A program made the position numbers and the translations under genes. Below are positions 1 through 8,572 of a stretch of 64,000 nt of DNA, piece after piece. Numbering within the stretch: position 1 is the first letter of the stretch; each line of letters opens with the position of its first letter. The DNA is from Pedobacter sp. (GTDB lineage: Bacteria; Desulfobacterota; Desulfuromonadia; Desulfuromonadales; Syntrophotaleaceae), in the NCBI GenBank assembly GCA_050253415.1, contig JBFWJC010000001.1:32001-96000 (forward strand), read 5' to 3'. Below the pieces are notes generated by a model, which saw only the letters and a list, made by a program, of their open reading frames with translations, was not told where the DNA came from and searched no databases.

Positions 1-725
1 AATGCACCCAGGGCTTCCGGTTCATCCGTTTCGCCGTCCCCCAGGAACACCCATACCTTGCGATCGCCGGCAGGTTTAAGCTGTCGGCTATGCAGGTATT
101 TCATGAAGCGCGCCTGGTAGATAGCCATGATCGGCCCCAGCCCCATGGACACCGTCGGAAACTCCCAGAATTGCGGCATCAGCCACGGGTGGGGATAGGA
201 GGACAATCCCCTCCCACCGGCCTCCTGGCGGAAAAGGGCCATCTGCTCCTCGTCCAGCCGCCCCTCGACAAAAGCACGGGCATACACGCCCGGTGAACTG
301 TGCCCCTGAAAATAGACCATATCCGCGCCATGCTCCGCCTGCGGCCCGCGAAAAAACCAGTTGAAGCCGACCTCGTACATGGACGAAATGGAACTGTAGG
401 TCGCGATATGGCCGCCGAGCGCCTTGCCGTCCTTATTCGCCCGCACCACCATCGCCATGGCGTTCCAGCGCACATAGGCGGCCAGGTTGCGCGCGGTCAG
501 GGAATCGTCTTGCGGCATCTTCTCTTCGTCACCCGGCACGAGGGTATTGCAGTAGGGGGTGAGGAGACCCGGCGAGGTGGATACCCCCAGGGAACGGGCC
601 CTGTCGGTCAACTGCCGCAGCAGGTAATCGGCCTTCTCCGGGCCTTCCGCCGCAATCATTCCCTCCAGGGATTCCAGCCAGTCGCGGGTCTCTGCCGGAT
701 CGGGATCTTGGTAGTAATCGGTCAT
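1..725 (-). CDS. aceE: Pyruvate dehydrogenase E1, homodimeric AceE type (5' part; runs off the window start)
   Basis: Manual translation from ATG at 725 (GAGGA RBS upstream): MTDYYQDPDPAETRDWLESL...RWNAMAMV...GGHIATY...YFQGHSSPGVYARAF...LSSYPHPWLMPQFWEFPTVSMGLGP...FLGDGETDEPEALGA (TPP motif GDGE). Absent from the ORF track because it has no stop inside the window. Confidence 0.95.
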   Translation of the reverse strand, partial: MTDYYQDPDPAETRDWLESLEGMIAAEGPEKADYLLRQLTDRARSLGVSTSPGLLTPYCNTLVPGDEEKMPQDDSLTARNLAAYVRWNAMAMVVRANKDGKALGGHIATYSSISSMYEVGFNWFFRGPQAEHGADMVYFQGHSSPGVYARAFVEGRLDEEQMALFRQEAGGRGLSSYPHPWLMPQFWEFPTVSMGLGPIMAIYQARFMKYLHSRQLKPAGDRKVWVFLGDGETDEPEALGA

Positions 726-1072
726 TGGATTCCTCATATAAGGGGCACAACGGCGGTTTGCCCGGCCTCAATGCATCGAGGCTTATATTTCCGATATCGG
801 TGTGCTGAATCGACAGGCACGACTTTGCTTGGAACATCCGCTAACAAAGCTAAAGGATATCATTTTGGAAGGGAATTTCAGCACGGTTGACAGATGGTGG
901 GTGTGCTGGTGATGATGCAACGTGACAACCAGGCCACTTCCATCCCGGACGCGGTCTGGTCAAATTTTTCCAAGGAAACGGATAAGTTCATTCAAAAAGA
1001 AGACGCCATAAACGACGTGCACATAAACGCAACCGGTCGTTGTTCAATAGCGAAAAAGCTTAAATTCCAGGA

Positions 1073-1621
1073 TCATTCCGGACTTTTTAGCATATTCTTG
1101 AACTCTTTTTGCAGTTTATGAATCTTCGGATCGATAATAACCCGGCAATACATCTGATCAGGATTGTGTTGATAGTAGTCCTGGTGCCCTTCTTCGGCCG
1201 GATAAAAGTTAGTATACGGGACGATCTCGGTCACGATCGGATCGGACCAGTAACCGGTCTCCTCAGCTTCCCGCCTTGACCGCTCGGCAATCTGCCGTTG
1301 ATTATCGTCGTGATAAAAGATAACCGACCGGTACTGGGTACCGACATCGGCGCCCTGGCGGTTGCGGGTGGTGGGGTCATGGCTGCGCCAGAAGACCTCC
1401 AGCAGTTCGGCAAAGCTGATCACCCCGGGATCAAAAGCAACCTGCACCGCTTCTGCATGGCCGGTCGTTCCGCTGCAGACCTGTCGGTAGGTGGGATTCG
1501 CCACCGCTCCACCGGAATAGCCAGAGACAACCGTCTCCACACCCCTAAGTCGACTGAAGACCGCCTCCACACACCAGAAGCAGCCCGCAGCAAAGGTCGC
1601 CGTTTCAAATTGCCTGGTCAT
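1073..1621 (-). CDS. msrA: Peptide-methionine (S)-S-oxide reductase
   Basis: GCFWC active-site motif; GYSGG, TGHAE, HDPT..NRQG.DVGTQYRS and AEEGHQDY motifs. Confidence 0.96.
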   Translation of the reverse strand: MTRQFETATFAAGCFWCVEAVFSRLRGVETVVSGYSGGAVANPTYRQVCSGTTGHAEAVQVAFDPGVISFAELLEVFWRSHDPTTRNRQGADVGTQYRSVIFYHDDNQRQIAERSRREAEETGYWSDPIVTEIVPYTNFYPAEEGHQDYYQHNPDQMYCRVIIDPKIHKLQKEFKNMLKSPE

Positions 1622-1896
1622 AGGTCCGCACCCCCTTTCCATTGGTCACTGGTCTATTGTACCAAACGGTGAGCCGATTCAAAAATAGCGCCGACAAACA
1701 CCCTGACCGTCCAAACTACTTCGGTAGCCGAATCCATCGAAATGAATCCACACTTGGAACATTGTACGGGAAGAGCTAAACGTAAATACGTGGGATGCTC
1801 CTCTTGACAGTTTGCACCGAAATTAACTAATGTGTTCAAACAATCATGAAATAAAACCCGTTTATATCGCTCTGATCAAGACCGCCGGTTAAGGAT

Positions 1897-3453
1897 ATGA
1901 CCTTGCCTCTGCAATCACCTCCGGTCCAACGAGCTGTCCCCTCTCAGGGATGGCGCATCCTGATTACGACCGTCTGCCTGCTGCTCGGCACGACAATCCT
2001 TTTCCTGTTGAGCCGCTTCAATTACCTGCTGTTTCACGGAGTGACGGAACTTTCAAGTGTGGCGGTGGCCATCACCACCTTCAGCATCGGCTGGCACACA
2101 AGGCATATCAACCGCAACCATTCGTTCACCCTGCTGGCCTCGGCCTATCTGAGTATCGGCCTTCTCGATCTGTTGCATACACTGTCCTACAAAGGCATGG
2201 GGGTTTTCCCAGGTGCGGGCTCCGATGTTCCGACCCAGTTCTGGATCGCCGCGCGTAGTCTGCAAGCAGGCGCCTATCTGGCTTCCGGTTGGCTGTTGGG
2301 CCGCAACGGCTCATTTAAGGCCCGCAACTGGCTGATCGGCTTTTCTGCCATCGGTCTGCTGCTTGGCTTGGCCATCTGGCCATTGCATGCATTCCCTTCC
2401 TGCCTTAACGAAGGGGGGCTCACCCCGTTCAAGATCGGAACGGAATATCTTATCAGCGCCGTGCTGGCCTGTAGTGGCTGGCTTTATTGGCAAAGACGCG
2501 CGCATCTCGACCCGAGGCTGACTTCCCTGATGCTGGCTTCGATTGGCCTGGCGATTGTTTCCGAACTGACCTTTACCTTTTATCAGGATGTCTATGGCTT
2601 GACCAACTGCTTCGGTCACCTGTTCAAGATAGCATCCGTCTTCCTTGTCTACCGCGCACTGATTCTGGGATCCCTGAGAACTCCTTACCAGACTCTGTTC
2701 CGAGAGCTCAGCCAATCCCACCAAGACCTCGACCTGGAACTTGTCCAACGGCGGATGATCGAACAGCAACTGCGTGCCGCCAACTGGGAACTGGATACCT
2801 TCGTCCATACCATTGCCCATGACCTGCGCTCACCACTGACCGTATTTATCTCCGGCACCGAAATGGTCCGCCGCCAACTCCGGCCCCATATGACGGAAGA
2901 TCTCGACGACATGCTGCTGAGCATCGAACAAAAAGGGTGGCAGATGGCCCATATGCTTGAAGACCTGTTGCACTTGGCCTGCATTGGTCGCATGGAGCAA
3001 CCGCCCGAAAAGGTTATCCCTTCCCATATCATCACCAGGGTCACCTGTGACCTGGAGAAACAGATCCATGCCAACGGTACCCAGGTGATCACGGAACCCC
3101 TGCCTGAACTGGAAGCCCATCCGACCCTCATCTATCAATTGTTTGCCAACCTTATCGGTAATGCCGTCCGCTATGCGGGTGGACCCAATAGCCCGATCAT
3201 CATTGGCGGCCAGCGCACCGGCCAGTTGGTGCGTTTCTTCGTACAAGACCATGGTCCCGGCATTTCCAAGGAAGAAAAAGACAAACTGGGAGAGGCGTTT
3301 TATCGTGGCAAAAACGCCGGCAGCCATTCGGGTACAGGTATTGGCCTGGCCATCGTTCAAAAAATCACCCGATATTACCAAGGGCGTCTCTGGATCACGG
3401 ATACGCCCGGCGGCGGCGCCACCTTCTGGGTGGAGTTGCAGGAACCTGCGTAA
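1897..3453 (+). CDS. MASE3-domain membrane sensor histidine kinase
   Basis: N-terminal multi-TM region with NYLLFH..EL, HTLSYKGMG and QFWIAAR (MASE3-like); H-box AHDLRSPL; N-box NLIGNA; DHGPG and GTGIGL ATPase boxes. Confidence 0.88.
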   Translation: MTLPLQSPPVQRAVPSQGWRILITTVCLLLGTTILFLLSRFNYLLFHGVTELSSVAVAITTFSIGWHTRHINRNHSFTLLASAYLSIGLLDLLHTLSYKGMGVFPGAGSDVPTQFWIAARSLQAGAYLASGWLLGRNGSFKARNWLIGFSAIGLLLGLAIWPLHAFPSCLNEGGLTPFKIGTEYLISAVLACSGWLYWQRRAHLDPRLTSLMLASIGLAIVSELTFTFYQDVYGLTNCFGHLFKIASVFLVYRALILGSLRTPYQTLFRELSQSHQDLDLELVQRRMIEQQLRAANWELDTFVHTIAHDLRSPLTVFISGTEMVRRQLRPHMTEDLDDMLLSIEQKGWQMAHMLEDLLHLACIGRMEQPPEKVIPSHIITRVTCDLEKQIHANGTQVITEPLPELEAHPTLIYQLFANLIGNAVRYAGGPNSPIIIGGQRTGQLVRFFVQDHGPGISKEEKDKLGEAFYRGKNAGSHSGTGIGLAIVQKITRYYQGRLWITDTPGGGATFWVELQEPA

Positions 3454-3750
3454 CCCCACCTTAAATATCCCGAAAAGTACCGACCACCCGAAACATCCCC
3501 TAACGACTCATGCCCATGGTGCCTGCAACCGCAAAAGGTTCATTTAAAAATGGAAAGAGAGGGGTCCCGACCCGACAGGCATGCGCAGCTTCCCCTGCGG
3601 CATTATTTTGCTAGAATGAACAGGTACCTAGCCTGAGTTTGCAGGCGGACGGCTGCAAGACACCGTCGGACTGGCATCCGAATTTCTACTGTCAGCCTCA
3701 CAGGCATACGCGCTGCAACTGCAAGCTATTGAAAACATAAGGAATGCCGC

Positions 3751-4767
3751 ATGAAAGTTGCCATCGCCGGAGCCGGAATCACCGGAGCATACCTGTTCCG
3801 GATGCTGGAAAACCAGGGTTGCGAGGTGCACCTCTACGACCGGCGGAAAAACACCGGCTGCGGCCTGACTCCCTGCGCCTGGGGAACCTCAACCGACTTT
3901 ATCGAACTGGTATCCAACGCCGGGCTGGATGGGAATAAATATATTCTGCAACGGCTGGATCATTTGCAGATGGATGAGATCCGGGTCCGGGCGGAACTGC
4001 TGACCATCGACAAACCGCGGCTGATCAAAGACCTGCTGCGGGATACCAGCCCCAATCTCGCTCCTTTGCCGTTCGCCGATTATGACCGGGTGATCGATGC
4101 CACCGGCGTGGCTCGGGCTCTGCTGCCACCGGTTGCAGACGATCTGGTGCTGAATTGTCGTCAAGGGCTGGTGCAAAGCGATCAGGCACTGCCCAACCGG
4201 ATCAAGCTCGGCGGCATCGGCTACGCCTGGTGTTTTCCTCTGGACGACAACCGCTACCATATCGGCTGCGGCAACCTGCTCCACGATCCCGGGCAGTTTC
4301 TGGAGCAGCTCGGCTGGATCGATCATCTGTCCGCAAGCGGTACCGGCCGGGTCCTGTGCCGGTGCGACGGCGGAATCCGGCTGACCGGACCGCACCTGTC
4401 TCAACCTTTCGTCACCAAGCGTTTCGAGACCGAAATCTGGGGGATCGGCGAGGCCATCGGCTGCGTGGCGTCCTTGGCGGGAGACGGCATCGTGCCCGGC
4501 TTGCGCAGCGTGCAGCTGCTGCTGGCTGCCTGGCACGACCCGACACAATACCGGCAGGCGGTGCTGGATGAATTTCACTGGATGCGGGAAGAGCGAGCCA
4601 TTATCGAACGGCTGCGCCAGGGACAAGGCGTCGGGCTGCGGCAAGCCCGCGTGCTCAGGAAAAATTCGCAACGCATGGGAATGACGGTGGGGCTGCGGCA
4701 CGCCATCACGTTGTTGCGCAGGATGGGCAACGCGGCGGGATCCAGCGTGTGGGGTTCGGGTGGCTAA
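3751..4767 (+). CDS. FAD-dependent oxidoreductase, geranylgeranyl-reductase-like
   Basis: GAGITG Rossmann motif, CAWG, IDATG, GYAWCFP and GEAIG.V..LAGDGI motifs; AAGGA RBS. Confidence 0.75.
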   Translation: MKVAIAGAGITGAYLFRMLENQGCEVHLYDRRKNTGCGLTPCAWGTSTDFIELVSNAGLDGNKYILQRLDHLQMDEIRVRAELLTIDKPRLIKDLLRDTSPNLAPLPFADYDRVIDATGVARALLPPVADDLVLNCRQGLVQSDQALPNRIKLGGIGYAWCFPLDDNRYHIGCGNLLHDPGQFLEQLGWIDHLSASGTGRVLCRCDGGIRLTGPHLSQPFVTKRFETEIWGIGEAIGCVASLAGDGIVPGLRSVQLLLAAWHDPTQYRQAVLDEFHWMREERAIIERLRQGQGVGLRQARVLRKNSQRMGMTVGLRHAITLLRRMGNAAGSSVWGSGG

Positions 4768-4827
4768 CCACCTTAGTGGGAAAATCATTTTTTTTAAAAA
4801 AAAAGGGGGGGGGGAACCCGGCGGCTC

Positions 4828-5550
4828 ATGTCCACTCAGCGTTCCAAACTGGAGGTAGTGTATCGATTCTTTACCGACACCGGAGTCTCCTACGACCGGG
4901 TGGTTAACCTTTGCACCTGCGGATTCGACCGCTCCTGGAAAAAACGCATCCTCGCCGCCATCCCCCCGAATCCGAAGCATATCCTGGATCAGGCCTGCGG
5001 TACCGGCATTCTGACCCTGGCTATTGCCCGGGCCTTTCCGGACAGTCAGGTCACGGGGGTCGAGTTACGGGAAGAGTATCTGGCCATCGCACGGCACAAG
5101 GCCCACGCAGAGGGCCTTGGCAATGTCAGGTTCCGCCTCGGCCGCGCCGAAGAGGTGCTGCTGGAAGAACGCATCGACTGCATCACCTCCTCCTATCTGG
5201 CCAAGTACGCCGATCTGCAGCCTCTGTTGAGAAACGCCGACACCATGCTGCGCCCCGGCGGCCGCATCATCCTGCACGACTTCACCTATCCGCAGAACCG
5301 CCGGTTTTTGCTCCTCTGGCGGATCTGGTTCGCCCTGCTGCAAACGATCGGTTGCCGGATCTTTCCCGAGTGGCGCATCGTGTTTCAGGAACTGCCCGCG
5401 TTCCTGCAGGCAACCCGCTGGCTGCCGGAAACCCTCGCCCTGTTGCAGGCACTGGGCTTCGCCAAATTGACCCGCCAAGAGTTGACCTTCGGCACTTCGG
5501 CCATCGTCACCGCCGACAAACCCGGCGGGAGCCTGTTGACTTCTTCCTAG
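4828..5550 (+). CDS. Class I SAM-dependent methyltransferase, UbiE/MenG-like
   Basis: N-terminal F...YDRVVN..T.G.DRSWK like UbiE; motif I ILDQACGTG; LRPGG..ILHDF. Confidence 0.85.
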   Translation: MSTQRSKLEVVYRFFTDTGVSYDRVVNLCTCGFDRSWKKRILAAIPPNPKHILDQACGTGILTLAIARAFPDSQVTGVELREEYLAIARHKAHAEGLGNVRFRLGRAEEVLLEERIDCITSSYLAKYADLQPLLRNADTMLRPGGRIILHDFTYPQNRRFLLLWRIWFALLQTIGCRIFPEWRIVFQELPAFLQATRWLPETLALLQALGFAKLTRQELTFGTSAIVTADKPGGSLLTSS

Positions 5551-6545
5551 CTGACACCACCGACAACCCGCAACTCCCCCGCGTTGAACATTCCGATCAG
5601 ATCCCAGGGGGCCCGGCGCACCAGATGGCCCAGCGGGCCCTCCGGAGCAGCTCCCCGCAACGCATCGGTCGCGGCGTGCAGGCGCTGCTCCAGGGCCGTC
5701 TGCATGGCGTCGCCAAGCTCCTGCAGATACGGCAGCAACGCCGACATCGGAACCACCGCCCCGCTGCGAATCGCCCCGCAGACCGCGGCGAGACTTTGTG
5801 GGAGAAAAAACCGTAATGCCGGCGCCAACTCGGCCAGTTCGCCGGGGCTCAACGTCGCCCTGCCAAGGGCTTGTGCCACCTCCTGCAGATCGTCGGCGAT
5901 CTGGTAGGCCTCGCCGATTTTCTGACCGTAACGCCGCCAGAGCAACTGCTGAGGGCCATCGACACCGCCCGCCACCGCACCGAGTTCGCAGGCGGCCGCA
6001 AACAAAATGCCGGTCTTGAGGGCGATGATGCTTTCATAATCGACCGAACAGGCATCATCCCGGCCCACCGCTTCCAGCATGGCAACGGCATCAAGCGGCT
6101 CCTGATAGGCCCCGCGGGACAGGTCGGCGATGGCTTTGGCGACGATGCCGCAATCCTCCCGCCCCAGTTCGCTCATTCGGTGAATCGCCGAGGAAAAGAC
6201 CACATCCCCCAACAGAACCGCCCGACGGGCACCGGCCAGCGTCCAGAGGGCGGGCTGATTCCTGCGGAATCGATGCTGATCGACAAAATCGTCATGCACC
6301 AGGGTAGCGGTCTGGATCAGCTCCACGGCCACCGCACGCGGCATGGCCGCCTCCAGGCTGCCGCCAAGGCTGGCAGTAACCAGGCACAGCAGCGCACCGC
6401 GAATCCTCTTGCCGCCGGTCAATCCGGGCAAGTCATGCGGATGACCGAAAACGACAGGTCCCAGCAGTTGCTCCAACTGGCTGCTGACTGCGGCATCCAG
6501 CGCCGGCTTTACATGGGCAGCGTATTCCTGAAAACAGGCGGGCAT
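5547..6545 (-). CDS. Polyprenyl (trans-isoprenyl) diphosphate synthase family protein
   Basis: GGKRIR, first Asp-rich motif LVHDDFVD followed by RR, KTG, second motif YQIADDLQE; GGAGG RBS. Confidence 0.88.
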   Translation of the reverse strand: MPACFQEYAAHVKPALDAAVSSQLEQLLGPVVFGHPHDLPGLTGGKRIRGALLCLVTASLGGSLEAAMPRAVAVELIQTATLVHDDFVDQHRFRRNQPALWTLAGARRAVLLGDVVFSSAIHRMSELGREDCGIVAKAIADLSRGAYQEPLDAVAMLEAVGRDDACSVDYESIIALKTGILFAAACELGAVAGGVDGPQQLLWRRYGQKIGEAYQIADDLQEVAQALGRATLSPGELAELAPALRFFLPQSLAAVCGAIRSGAVVPMSALLPYLQELGDAMQTALEQRLHAATDALRGAAPEGPLGHLVRRAPWDLIGMFNAGELRVVGGVS

Positions 6546-6633
6546 GGACTACCTCCGCATCGGGGAAATTGGGCAAGCCAGAAGGCAGCCGAGGGGGCTA
6601 CAATGCTGCGGCCCGGTTGTCTGAAAAGAGACA

Positions 6634-7368
6634 TCATCCCGCGGCGCGCGCGGCCAGCAACCCCGCCCCCAGCAGGATCACCCCCAGGCTGATGCATTTG
6701 AGCAGGGTTTCGTAACGCTCCAGCAACGCCTGCTGCCCGTCGTCAAGTTCCGACTGCTTGCGTTTCAACGCCTTGTAAGGGCGGGAAACCTTGATCTCCA
6801 CCAGGCTGAAAAGCGCCATGGCCGCGGCCAGCAACAAAGCGGCAAACGAGAGGCGATTGGTCTGCATGACATAGCCGGCTAGCACCGGCAGCGCCCCCCA
6901 GGAAAAAGCGAACCAGCCATCGGTGTGGAAATGGCCGCCAAACAGTTCGAGGTTGTAGGCAAACACGAAAAACCCCTCGAGCAGGGCGATGCTCCACAAC
7001 AGCGGTACGTAGCGAATCATGTAGTAACCGGCGATGCCGTATGCAGCAGCCAAAGAGGCAAGCGCCAGCCACCACAACTGGGAACGGCTGAAGACGCTGC
7101 CCCAGGGTTTCACCCCTTTGCCGCCCAAGGCATCGAGGGCGTGAGCAGCGATCCCCAGGCCGAAGAAATAAACCAGTACGATGGCCCCTATCCGCCCGTA
7201 TATGAGCTGCCGGGCCAGCAGCGAGCCGATGACGGCAAACGACAGCACCATGCCGGTATAGGGCAGAAACAGCAACCCGACAAAGGTGCGGAACCGCAAA
7301 GATCCCCATTGCGGCACAAACCATTCTGTCCCCCGGGCAGGCTCTCCGCTAATCTGATGAGGTTTCAT
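6634..7368 (-). CDS. Multi-pass membrane protein, probable divergent UbiA-superfamily prenyltransferase
   Basis: About 7-8 hydrophobic helices; GIAAHALD and AYNLELFGG.FH.D motifs; lies between the polyprenyl synthase and LolA-like genes. Family assignment is inference. Confidence 0.5.
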   Translation of the reverse strand: MKPHQISGEPARGTEWFVPQWGSLRFRTFVGLLFLPYTGMVLSFAVIGSLLARQLIYGRIGAIVLVYFFGLGIAAHALDALGGKGVKPWGSVFSRSQLWWLALASLAAAYGIAGYYMIRYVPLLWSIALLEGFFVFAYNLELFGGHFHTDGWFAFSWGALPVLAGYVMQTNRLSFAALLLAAAMALFSLVEIKVSRPYKALKRKQSELDDGQQALLERYETLLKCISLGVILLGAGLLAARAAG

Positions 7369-8065
7369 GGGTGGAATCCTCTTTATCGATATCGAAAAAA
7401 TGTTCCGGAAATACAGGATCTATGCGCAACTGGCGAAAATCGATGCGTCTTCTCAACTGCCCCGCCGGCGTCCGTTCCTCCACGGCCACGGGCAACCAGA
7501 GGGTCTTGTCGATAACAAAAAGGTAACGGGTCGTAACTCCGGACAGGAAGTGATCGGCCGCCACCACATCGAGCCTCAGTTGCCGACCCTGCTCGGTGAC
7601 CTGCAGCGCACCATAGCTTTGATCGGTCAGGCTGCGACCGATATTGCGAATCAGCAAACCGATGTCGGACTGGTCGATGCGCTGCCCTGAGCGGGTTGCA
7701 AACAGAGCGTTGTCCGGCGCGAGACGCAGATGCACAAATTCCATCCAGCCGCCAAACCGAACCCACACCTTGCCGTTTTCGTCGGGATAGACCAGACGCA
7801 TACCCGGATGCGGAGTATGCATATCGATACGCAGCCGACCGGGCTTCTGGAAAGAGAACCGAAAGCGCCGGGTCGCCACCAGCCGACTCTTTTGGTACTC
7901 GCTGGTCTCCACCTCGATCTGATAGGCCCCGATCCCGGCATAGGCTGTTTTCAGACGTTCCAGGATGGCGTTTGCATCGCCTGGCGCCTGAGGCAACGAA
8001 CCGGCCTGCACATCCATAACCGGCAATAAGGCCAGTCCGCAAACAAGAAACCGCCACAGAGTCAA
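7349..8065 (-). CDS. LolA-like outer-membrane lipoprotein carrier/sorting protein
   Basis: Signal peptide; FSFQKPGRLRI; IDKTLWLPV; C-terminal ID.VFPEHFF; TTG start with GGGGAG RBS. Confidence 0.7.
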   Translation of the reverse strand: MTLWRFLVCGLALLPVMDVQAGSLPQAPGDANAILERLKTAYAGIGAYQIEVETSEYQKSRLVATRRFRFSFQKPGRLRIDMHTPHPGMRLVYPDENGKVWVRFGGWMEFVHLRLAPDNALFATRSGQRIDQSDIGLLIRNIGRSLTDQSYGALQVTEQGRQLRLDVVAADHFLSGVTTRYLFVIDKTLWLPVAVEERTPAGQLRRRIDFRQLRIDPVFPEHFFDIDKEDSTHETSSD

Positions 8066-8076
8066 TAAAACTCCCC

Positions 8077-8469
8077 TTACTGAATCACCTCGATGCGGCC
8101 GCTCATACCGAGGGTCTCATGCAAAGGCTTGTTGCAAAAAAATTTCCAGGTGCCGCCTTCGGTCAGATCCAGAGGGATCTCTACCGATTCGCCGGCACCC
8201 AGATCTACGCTTCGGACGACGTCCCCGGTCGGATTCTTGATGGTCAGGTTATGGGCTGTTGCAACGGCATTCGTCACCTGGAGCAACAGATGGTCTCCAT
8301 GATGTGCTCGAATCACCATCGGGATTAACGAAAAGTTGCTGGCACGGATAGCAATAACCTGCCTCCCCTCGCTTGGCACCACGGTTACCACGGTCGTTTT
8401 TTGTGCGCAGGCGGACAGTATCAGGAACAGCAAACAAACACACAATTTCAGCGGAGGCCAATTTTTCAT
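8077..8469 (-). CDS. Cupredoxin-domain lipoprotein (type-1 copper site)
   Basis: Lipobox LSAC; HNLTI plus FCNKPLHETLGM give His/Cys/His/Met ligands; GAGGTG RBS. Confidence 0.8.
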   Translation of the reverse strand: MKNWPPLKLCVCLLFLILSACAQKTTVVTVVPSEGRQVIAIRASNFSLIPMVIRAHHGDHLLLQVTNAVATAHNLTIKNPTGDVVRSVDLGAGESVEIPLDLTEGGTWKFFCNKPLHETLGMSGRIEVIQ

Positions 8470-8572
8470 GATCTTCACCTCTGATGCATTCGCAAAAACT
8501 CGATACTTCCAGATTGAAGCCTGCTATAAACTTAACCTGTTGCACCACTATTTCAAGCACGGGAGCCTGATC

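Noticed and set aside
300..890. 196-aa plus-strand ORF
   Set aside because: Antisense shadow of aceE, which has clear motifs on the minus strand
3889..4980. 363-aa minus-strand ORF and similar long overlapping ORFs across the window (e.g. 58488-59579, 22614-23672)
   Set aside because: They overlap genes with strong family motifs; typical GC-rich shadow frames
3751..7368. Archaeal-type ether lipid pathway as the explanation for the prenyl cluster
   Set aside because: No GGGP synthase or G1P dehydrogenase is visible here, and the UbiE-like methyltransferase fits a quinone-like product better; not excluded genome-wide
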